Shown here in pieces: positions 29,112 to 36,469 of a stretch of 64,000 nucleotides of DNA. Each line of letters opens with the position of its first letter. The first letter of the stretch is position 1. The position numbers and the translations under genes were made by a program. Origin of the DNA: Nitrospiraceae bacterium (GTDB lineage Bacteria; Nitrospirota; Nitrospiria; Nitrospirales; Nitrospiraceae); contig JBFWWG010000007.1 in NCBI GenBank assembly GCA_050246315.1, positions 96,001 through 160,000 of the forward strand, in the 5' to 3' direction. The notes beneath the pieces are model-generated. The model saw nothing but the letters and a program-made list of their open reading frames with translations, was not told the DNA's origin and searched no databases.

Positions 29112-29420
29112 ATGCAAAGCACGGATACACGCGCGGCGGTGGCCGCCTTGCTGATGCTCACCCTGCTGATAAGCGGTTGCGTGGAGGGAAGCGGGACAGG
29201 AACCCGCATTAGCCAAGACGACGTCGGAAACGCATCCTCGCACCCCCAGCCGCCCTTCGCCGGCGAGGCCGAAGTGGTCACCGGCACGAGTACACCGCAC
29301 AAACAGAAGAATACGCCGATAGAGATCGAACGGATCAGCGACAAGCAACTGGAGCAGAGCGGCGCCATACATCTCGACCAGGTGCTCCAGGACGTGCCGG
29401 GCCTTCAGCAGCGACGGTAG
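29112..29420 (+). CDS. Small lipoprotein containing only a TonB box and the N-terminal part of a plug domain
   Basis: AAGGAGGT RBS and lipobox LISGC; EVVTGTSTPHKQKNTPIEIERI...LEQSGA..LDQVLQDVPG parallels the receptor at 33076. Confidence 0.7.
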   Translation: MQSTDTRAAVAALLMLTLLISGCVEGSGTGTRISQDDVGNASSHPQPPFAGEAEVVTGTSTPHKQKNTPIEIERISDKQLEQSGAIHLDQVLQDVPGLQQRR

Positions 29421-29762
29421 GGAACACCGGAAACTCCAACCGGCACAATCTGCGGCCGGTATCGAACTTCATCCTGGACCATCGAGTACGCCTAGGTGAC
29501 CGGCGTGGTCATCGATTTAGACGCCGTGGTATCGGATCGAGGGCGGACGTGCTCGCTCTTGGCAGTCCTTTTCCGTACGTGACCTCTTCGAGATTCCTCC
29601 CACCTTCCGTTCATACCTATCCCCCCCGGAACGTTCGAGCCCGCCCCTTGTGCGGTCGTCCTTCGCGCTTCCCCTCCTTCACAGCCCATTTCCGGCCAAT
29701 GAGCATGCGCAAACCGGAAATTGAACATTCTTTCTTCCTGCTCGATTCGATATAAGCGTGGA

Positions 29763-29777
29763 TGAGAATAGTTCTCA
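29763..29777. promoter_or_regulatory. Fur-box-like palindrome upstream of the second tonB
   Basis: TGAGAAT-A-GTTCTCA, just downstream of TATAAG (29751). Confidence 0.7.
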
Positions 29778-29807
29778 CTATCGATATAGACCCGTTCTGG
29801 ACCTGTC

Positions 29808-31067
29808 ATGCCGCACGTGCTTCGAATCACAACCGCGCGATCCGTTCAAGGCTGGACGCTCTCCCTACTCGCCCATGGACTCATCATCAGCACCGCGATA
29901 ACGCTGTTGCGCAACGCACCACAGCCGGTCCTACACGAACCCTTTACGTGGAACGTCAAGCTAGTCGGGCCACCGCCTGCACCGGCCTTTCCGGCGGCGA
30001 TTCCATCTCCTTCGCCTTCCCCACAGACAACGACGGCTCAACCGTCATCGACAACGGCACGGCCAACCGAAACAACGTCGGTCGTCCGCACCATCCAACA
30101 GACTCAACCAATTCATCAAGCGGTCAGGCAAACGTTGACTGTCCCGAAGCCGACGATGCAAGAGGTCGTGCCTGCCACACGGATGACGCCCCAGCGCATC
30201 ACCGAGACACAACCTGCACAGCCGATTCCCGAGCGGCTTCAACAAGAAGTCAGCGCAGCGAAACCTCTGGTTCAGGAGGCCGGTCCCATCCGTCAATCCT
30301 TCCAGCAGACCCAACAGACGGTCATTCAGACCTCGTCCTTCGATGGGACAAGCCGGCACGAGATCGCAGTTGAAGCACGATCGACTCCTGCTGCGACACC
30401 CGAATTCGAAGCGGCCGTCTCCAGCACCGCCGGCCTCGTCACCAGAACACCTGTCTCCACGGAAGGTCCCGAATCGACGATCCACCGAGAGCCGACCCAG
30501 TCACATTCGTCCATTGTGACACATGCATCACCCTCCGGTACTGCGGCAGTCGTCTCCCGTGAGCCAAGTCAATCAATCGCTCATCACCCTGTCGCCTCGC
30601 CATCGCCCCCTGTAAACGAGATCGCGCCACACGCCGTCGAGCTGCAGCGCGTGTCGCCATCTGCCAGAGAGACGGAGCCCAGTTCCGAGATCAACGAAGA
30701 GGACCGACTTCTCGCTGCTGCGTCCGTGCATGCACCGGCACTGGAGTTGCCGTTGCGAGGCACACCCGGGACTAAATCCAGTTACGGTTGGCTTGCGCAG
30801 GAATTGTGGGATCGTGTCGAGCGTCTCAAACGTTATCCGCGCCTGGCACGCTTGAATGGCTGGGAAGGAAAAGTCGTCATTCGAGCGGTCATCGACGAAC
30901 AGGGTCGACTGGTTCACCAAGCGATCGAAGAAAGTTCCGGGTATGAAGCGCTCGATGAACATGCATTGGAGTTGATGAAACAAGTCTGCCCCGTGGCGCT
31001 CCGGCATCCGCTGGGGCAGCCGCAGGTGGCCGTCCATGTGCCCATTCACTATCGGATCGAACAATGA
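29808..31067 (+). CDS. tonB: Energy transducer TonB, second copy
   Basis: GWTLSLLAH TM helix; C-terminal YPRLARLNGWEGKVVIRAVI...SSGYEALD. Confidence 0.9.
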   Translation: MPHVLRITTARSVQGWTLSLLAHGLIISTAITLLRNAPQPVLHEPFTWNVKLVGPPPAPAFPAAIPSPSPSPQTTTAQPSSTTARPTETTSVVRTIQQTQPIHQAVRQTLTVPKPTMQEVVPATRMTPQRITETQPAQPIPERLQQEVSAAKPLVQEAGPIRQSFQQTQQTVIQTSSFDGTSRHEIAVEARSTPAATPEFEAAVSSTAGLVTRTPVSTEGPESTIHREPTQSHSSIVTHASPSGTAAVVSREPSQSIAHHPVASPSPPVNEIAPHAVELQRVSPSARETEPSSEINEEDRLLAAASVHAPALELPLRGTPGTKSSYGWLAQELWDRVERLKRYPRLARLNGWEGKVVIRAVIDEQGRLVHQAIEESSGYEALDEHALELMKQVCPVALRHPLGQPQVAVHVPIHYRIEQ

Positions 31068-31155
31068 GGCAGACGGCTGAGGTTGAGGCCGAGGCCTACC
31101 GAGAGAGTGATCGGCCTGACCTTCAACCTGGCTTTCCTCACAAAGGAGATTTCAC

Positions 31156-32868
31156 ATGAAGACGTCTATCCGTGCATATCTACTGGCGTTCTTGGCCATG
31201 CTTGCCTGGTCTGCCCCCCTGTCGGCGACTGAATCCAAGACCGGATTCCTCGTGATCGCTCAGGACCGTGGCTTCGTCGGCAATCAGGAGTTGCTCGATC
31301 TCATACAGGAGTTCAAGAAGGACTATCCCGCCGCTCTGGCCTTGATCGGGCGCGACTACACCGGCATTGAAGGCGAGTATGCCGTCTACCTGACGCGGGC
31401 CGTGCAGGAACTGAAACAAACCGGCGTGACGGACATTGTCGCGATCCCTTTGTTTCTCTCCTCCGCAGATCCGGTTCTGAAACGGACCGTGCCGACAGTG
31501 CCGGCCTACACCGCCGGCCTCCCGGTGCGTTGGGCCCCCGCGATGGCCCAGAGCTACCTAACAGGCCAGGTGATCCTGGATCGGGTTGAGACGCTGAGCC
31601 AACAGGTCCGAGCCGCGGAATCAGGTGGCCACGGGCACTCCGAGCGCCTCATTCTTCTCGGCATCGGCGCCGTCGATGCCGCAAGCGAGAAAGCTTTAAA
31701 GGCGGACCTTGATCGCCTCCTCGCTTACGTCCAACGGTACAAAGGTTTCGAAAGCGCCGAGGCGGTCGTCTACTACGATCGCGAAGCCGATGGGGCGGAA
31801 CAAAGGAACCGCGAAATCAAGGCCCACGTCCTCTCGCGCGTGGCCAGACAAGGCCGCACCCTGATCGTGCCCGCCTTCATTGGCCCCAAATTCGACCAGT
31901 CGATGGCCATGACCGCATGGTTGGGCAAACAGTTCGCCGGCCTCAATGTCGCCTACCAACCTGCCGAGTTGATGCCGCATCCCAACGTCTCGCTCTGGCT
32001 CAAAAAGACCGCCAACCAGTTCGTGGCGGTCCGGCCGGATGAGATCGGCGTGGTGGTTATGCCGCACGGCTCTATGCAGCCCTGGAACGACGCTGTCGAG
32101 CGGATCATCGAGCCGCTGAAAGTCAGGTACCGGATTGAGATGGCCTACGGCATGGGCGATCCGGACATCATCCAAACGGCGGTGACGAAACTGGAACGTC
32201 AAGGCATCAAGCGGATCGTGTTCGTCCGCATGTATGAGTTGGTTCACCACATGAAACCCCTCACCGATTACATCCTCGGCCTGGCGGACGCTCCCGGCTT
32301 CTCCGGCCATGGCGAGGGACACGGACACGACGTTCCGGCGCAGGTTCGCAGTGCGGCGCTTTTCTCCGCGTTCGGCGGCTATACGGAAAATTTTCCTCCT
32401 ATCGCGCAGGTGCTATGCGACCGCATCACAGAGATCAGTAAAGATCCGGCCAAGGAGACGGTGGTGTTTCTGGCCCATGGTTCGAATACGGACGAGGACA
32501 ATGACCACTGGCTCTCGGTGATTCGAACCAATATCGACTGGGTCAAGAAGGACTCTCGCTGCGCGTCCTTCAAGGCCATAAAGCCGGCGACGGTGCGAGA
32601 AGATTGGCCGGAAAAGCGCGAGAAGGCGGTTGCCGATGTCAGAAAGATGATCGAGGAGGACGCCAAGACCGGGCGCGTGCTGGTGATCGCGAACCGCATG
32701 TACGGGTCCGGTCCCTACAAGAAGATGCTCAATGGGCTGGAGTACGTATTGAACGAAAAAGGCTTCGCCAGCTCGGCCCTCACCAAGTGGCTTGAGGAAG
32801 GCATCGAGCGAACCGTCACGGCTTTGACGACCCCGACAACCAATACTGACCGCCTCGCCCAGCGGTAG
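31156..32868 (+). CDS. Exported tandem CbiX-like chelatase-domain protein
   Basis: Signal peptide; repeated chelatase-like subdomains (GFLVIAQD/VAIPLFLS, LILLGIG, VVVMPHGS, VFLAHGS) and His-rich linkers. Confidence 0.7.
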   Translation: MKTSIRAYLLAFLAMLAWSAPLSATESKTGFLVIAQDRGFVGNQELLDLIQEFKKDYPAALALIGRDYTGIEGEYAVYLTRAVQELKQTGVTDIVAIPLFLSSADPVLKRTVPTVPAYTAGLPVRWAPAMAQSYLTGQVILDRVETLSQQVRAAESGGHGHSERLILLGIGAVDAASEKALKADLDRLLAYVQRYKGFESAEAVVYYDREADGAEQRNREIKAHVLSRVARQGRTLIVPAFIGPKFDQSMAMTAWLGKQFAGLNVAYQPAELMPHPNVSLWLKKTANQFVAVRPDEIGVVVMPHGSMQPWNDAVERIIEPLKVRYRIEMAYGMGDPDIIQTAVTKLERQGIKRIVFVRMYELVHHMKPLTDYILGLADAPGFSGHGEGHGHDVPAQVRSAALFSAFGGYTENFPPIAQVLCDRITEISKDPAKETVVFLAHGSNTDEDNDHWLSVIRTNIDWVKKDSRCASFKAIKPATVREDWPEKREKAVADVRKMIEEDAKTGRVLVIANRMYGSGPYKKMLNGLEYVLNEKGFASSALTKWLEEGIERTVTALTTPTTNTDRLAQR

Positions 32869-33075
32869 ATAGCTTCGCACCTGCCCGCGGCGCCTCGCAG
32901 GGACAGATATCTCCACATGTCCCGCCCTGGCTTCTGGCTCCCCTCGCCCTCCGGGGAGCCAGAAGATAGGGGCGCCGCCTCCCTCCACAACTTCTTGGTT
33001 GAGACCTGTTCATTCCTTCCGTCACGCCAAGGACCGAACCCAACGGCCCGCACTACATCGAATGAAAGGATCGCG

Positions 33076-35133
33076 ATGCTCACGAAATCGAATGGCATTC
33101 CGTCATACGCCGTGGTAGTCGTCGCCTTGTTGCTGGCTGAGTGCTGGCAGGGAGGCTTCTTCCCCGCGAGAGCCGCTGAAGACGCCACTGTCCAAGAGGA
33201 GCGAGCGGAGACAAAAGCGGAGAAACCGCGCAGCGAACCGCCTCCGTCGGGCAAGGACGTTCACGTGGCGGATGTCGTTATCACCGGCACATGGACGCCC
33301 CACGCCCAGAAGGATTCTCCGGTCGAGACTGAGCGCATTACCGGCGCGATGCTTGAGCAGGCGGGTGCTACGAACGTGCGGCAGGTGCTCCAGGATGTCC
33401 CGGCCATCGACGCGCAACGCGCGCCTAACGGGTTCCAGACCTTCCAGATCCAGGGTCTCTCCAGCATCCACACGCTATTTCTCGTGAACAGCCAGGAGCT
33501 GATCGGGACGATCGAGGGCGCCACCTTTACGAGAGACCTGCTGGCCTCCCCGGAAATCGAGGCCATGGAAATCGTCAAGGGCGCCGCCGCGGTCCAATAC
33601 GGAAGCGATGCGATCGGCGGAGTCATCAACATCCGAACCAGGAGAGGCACGAAGCCGGCCGGCGGGCTGGTCTTTGGTCAATACGGACGATTCAATACCG
33701 TGACGACCTTCGGCGCCCCGGAGTTCCGCACCGCCGACGGGAAGTTCGGCGGCTACGTCTCAGCCGGATACAGCGGTTCCGACGGCTTCGACTTGAACCA
33801 AGCCACCGCCCAGACCGACGGCGAACCTCAGTTTGCCACCAAGACGGCGAGCGGCAATTTCGATTATCGGCTCTCGAACAGGGTCACGCTGTCCTTTTAC
33901 ACCCGCTATTCGGCTGACGACCGGAAGTCCAAGCAGAACGCCCTTCCACCCTCCATCCCCAGCATCCGGCAGGTCCAAGGCAACAACGACCGGTCCCAAA
34001 ATATTTTGCGCTTGGATTGGAATCCCGACGCCGTTTCGACCTTCACGCTGTGGGGGCACTACCAAAACTTTCTAAATGAATCGAGTACGTTCCGATTGGA
34101 CAATAACCAGTTGCTGCGGAGGTCGAGCTTCACGCAGGAGCTCTGGGAGCCGCAATTCCAATACAGCAGACAGATCGGCGGGCGTCACTTGCTTACGCTC
34201 GGCGGAGAAGACGACATTCGCAAACAGCGCGGTCAATCCCTTCGCGGCGGCAAGACCGAGTTAAACGAAGCGGCCGGATGGGGGCAAGATGAAATCGAAG
34301 TGCTGCCTTGGATGGATATCCTCTTGGGCGGCCGCTATACGTCCAACAGCGAGTACGGCGGGTTTTTCTCGCCCCAGACCACGTTGCTCCTCAAGCCCGG
34401 GAACTTCCGCGGCCGCTTCACCTACACCCGCGGGTTCCGCAGTCCCACGTTGACCGATATCTCGGCCTTTTTCGTCGAGGGCGGCGGAGTCGGCGTCGTC
34501 GGCAACCCGAACCTGGAACCTGAGAAATCGACGAGCTATACCACAAACATCGAGTATTACTTCGAGCGAGCCAAGATTGGCGCCAGCGCCTTCCGTCACG
34601 AGGTCAGCAATCTCATCCAATACGTTCCGGGAACCTGCACGGCCGCCGATGCGGCCGCCCTAGGCGTGCCGTCGACCTTCTGCTTCTCGCCCAGCAACGT
34701 CTCCAGCACCAGAAGCCAAGGGTTCGAACTTGAGGCGGGCGTCAGACCGTGGAACTGGCTCTACATCGAAACCGGGTACATGTACCTCGACTCGCGAAAC
34801 CTGGACAACGGCTCGTTTCTCTTCCAACGCTCGCCGAATACGTGGAAAACGCGCATGCGGATCGAGCGGGAACGGTGGAACTTCACAGGCCGGCTCCGCT
34901 ACAACTCCTCGTTCGGATTCTCCGACCTGAATCGAAACAACGTGGTGGACCCCAACGAAAAGGCTCCGTCCAACATCCAGCTCGATCTTCGGTTAGCCAT
35001 CCAGATTAGGAAGGATGTGGAGCTGTACGGGGGCGTGGACAATGTGACCCAATCCCGGATGAACGTCAGTGCCGGCCAGGTCCCGCTTCCGGGAGTAGCT
35101 CTCTACTACGTCGGCATGCGGATGACGCTATAA
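33076..35133 (+). CDS. TonB-dependent receptor (BtuB/CirA-like)
   Basis: DVVITGT TonB box, EIVKGAAAVQYGSDAIGGVINI and GNPNLEPEKS; RBS before the ATG at 33076. Confidence 0.92.
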   Translation: MLTKSNGIPSYAVVVVALLLAECWQGGFFPARAAEDATVQEERAETKAEKPRSEPPPSGKDVHVADVVITGTWTPHAQKDSPVETERITGAMLEQAGATNVRQVLQDVPAIDAQRAPNGFQTFQIQGLSSIHTLFLVNSQELIGTIEGATFTRDLLASPEIEAMEIVKGAAAVQYGSDAIGGVINIRTRRGTKPAGGLVFGQYGRFNTVTTFGAPEFRTADGKFGGYVSAGYSGSDGFDLNQATAQTDGEPQFATKTASGNFDYRLSNRVTLSFYTRYSADDRKSKQNALPPSIPSIRQVQGNNDRSQNILRLDWNPDAVSTFTLWGHYQNFLNESSTFRLDNNQLLRRSSFTQELWEPQFQYSRQIGGRHLLTLGGEDDIRKQRGQSLRGGKTELNEAAGWGQDEIEVLPWMDILLGGRYTSNSEYGGFFSPQTTLLLKPGNFRGRFTYTRGFRSPTLTDISAFFVEGGGVGVVGNPNLEPEKSTSYTTNIEYYFERAKIGASAFRHEVSNLIQYVPGTCTAADAAALGVPSTFCFSPSNVSSTRSQGFELEAGVRPWNWLYIETGYMYLDSRNLDNGSFLFQRSPNTWKTRMRIERERWNFTGRLRYNSSFGFSDLNRNNVVDPNEKAPSNIQLDLRLAIQIRKDVELYGGVDNVTQSRMNVSAGQVPLPGVALYYVGMRMTL

Positions 35134-35243
35134 GGCGGCGCCGGTGGGACCGGCCTCGCCTCCAGCGACCCTCAGGGACCCGAAAGCGCGCTTCCGGGTC
35201 CCCGGCGCACCTGCCCCTGCTTCCCTCGCGGAGCATGGTCTCC

Positions 35244-35723
35244 TCATGAGCCCTCTTTATGGAGTTGTTCAGCCAAGTAACGCTCAAGTCCGATCTGCTT
35301 GACCGTCTCGAGTTGTGTTTCGAACCAATCGACATGCTCCTCGGAATCAATCACCATATGTTCGAGTAGGTGCCGGGTCGTGAAATCTCCGACCTTGGCA
35401 CAATGGGCAATCGCCTCCCGCAGGAGTTGAACATCGTCCTGCTCGAATTTGAGATCGGCTTTGAACAGGTCCGCGACGGTCGCCCCGGATGTGACATGCT
35501 CCATTCGTTCGACGTTCGGCGTTCCATCAAGATAGATAATGTGATCGATCAAGCCCGAGGCATGACCGACCTCTTCCGTGGCCGTTTCTTTCAAATGGTG
35601 TTCCAACCGCTCGTACCCCCAGTTACCGCACAAGGCCGCATGCAGTAGGTATTGATGAACGGCCGTCAGCTCCGCCGTGAGAATGGTGTTCAGTCGATCA
35701 ATGACGCCTTCTTTCGCTTTCAT
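35244..35723 (-). CDS. bfr: Bacterioferritin subunit lacking the heme-ligand Met
   Basis: ELTAVHQY and EEVGHA (Val at the Met52 position); GGAGG-like RBS before MKAKEG. Confidence 0.9.
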   Translation of the reverse strand: MKAKEGVIDRLNTILTAELTAVHQYLLHAALCGNWGYERLEHHLKETATEEVGHASGLIDHIIYLDGTPNVERMEHVTSGATVADLFKADLKFEQDDVQLLREAIAHCAKVGDFTTRHLLEHMVIDSEEHVDWFETQLETVKQIGLERYLAEQLHKEGS

Positions 35724-35751
35724 TTCCGGTCCTCCGATCGTGCGGGGTTCG

Positions 35752-36228
35752 TTACCCATCCTTCTTGATTTGTTCGGCCAAATAATTCTCCAGGCCGATC
35801 TGCTTGATGGTCTCCATCTGCGTCTCGATCCAGTCGATGTGGGCATCCACATCTTTGGCCATGTCTTCGAGCATGTGCCTGGTCGTAAAATCGCCGACTT
35901 TGGCGCAATGCACCACGCCGTCGCTCAGTAACTTGAGCATGTCCTGTTCGGCCTTCAAGTCCAGCTTGAACTGCTCGGGGACCCCCTCTCCGACATTGAC
36001 CGTATTCAGACGCTGGACGTTCGGCACCCCTTCTAAATAGAGGATGTGCTCGATCAACTCTTCGGCGTCCTTCATCTCGTCGATGCTCCGCTCGCGCACT
36101 TTATGATGGAGCCGTTCGTATCCCCAGTTCTCACACATCTTGGCATGCACAAAATATTGGTTGATCGCGGTGAGATCCGCCGTCAATACTTTGTTAAGAA
36201 TATCGATCACCCCTTCTTTCGCTTTCAT
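35752..36228 (-). CDS. bfr: Bacterioferritin subunit with heme Met but degenerate ferroxidase centre
   Basis: DLTAINQYFVH, IDEMKDA and DVDAHIDW. Confidence 0.92.
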   Translation of the reverse strand: MKAKEGVIDILNKVLTADLTAINQYFVHAKMCENWGYERLHHKVRERSIDEMKDAEELIEHILYLEGVPNVQRLNTVNVGEGVPEQFKLDLKAEQDMLKLLSDGVVHCAKVGDFTTRHMLEDMAKDVDAHIDWIETQMETIKQIGLENYLAEQIKKDG

Positions 36229-36283
36229 ATGATCAGCCTCCTTTTTTTATGATGAGAACTGCGACGGGAATCCTGACGCCGCT

Positions 36284-36356
36284 ATTATCGATGGAACGGA
36301 TGGACAGGTCAATAGCAATTGTAGGTAGAACTTACTATAACTGAAAATTGTTCTCA
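36284..36356 (-). promoter_or_regulatory. bfr promoter with upstream Fur-box-like palindrome
   Basis: TTGACC-17 bp-GATAAT (36312-36284); TGAAAAT-T-GTTCTCA at 36342-36356. Confidence 0.65.
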
Positions 36357-36469
36357 AGATCATGCGATTCGAAATGAGAACACGGGACGCACTCAGGCCG
36401 TCCGTCGAGCGACCCGGCGCGCAAGAAGTATGAGGGTGGACGATGGAAAAGGGAGAGGCTCGGAATGGT

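Noticed and set aside
32870..33075. Possible cobalamin riboswitch before the BtuB-like receptor or the chelatase genes
   Set aside because: No B12-box or GGGAA...GCCACTG core was found by eye; Fur-like boxes are present instead.
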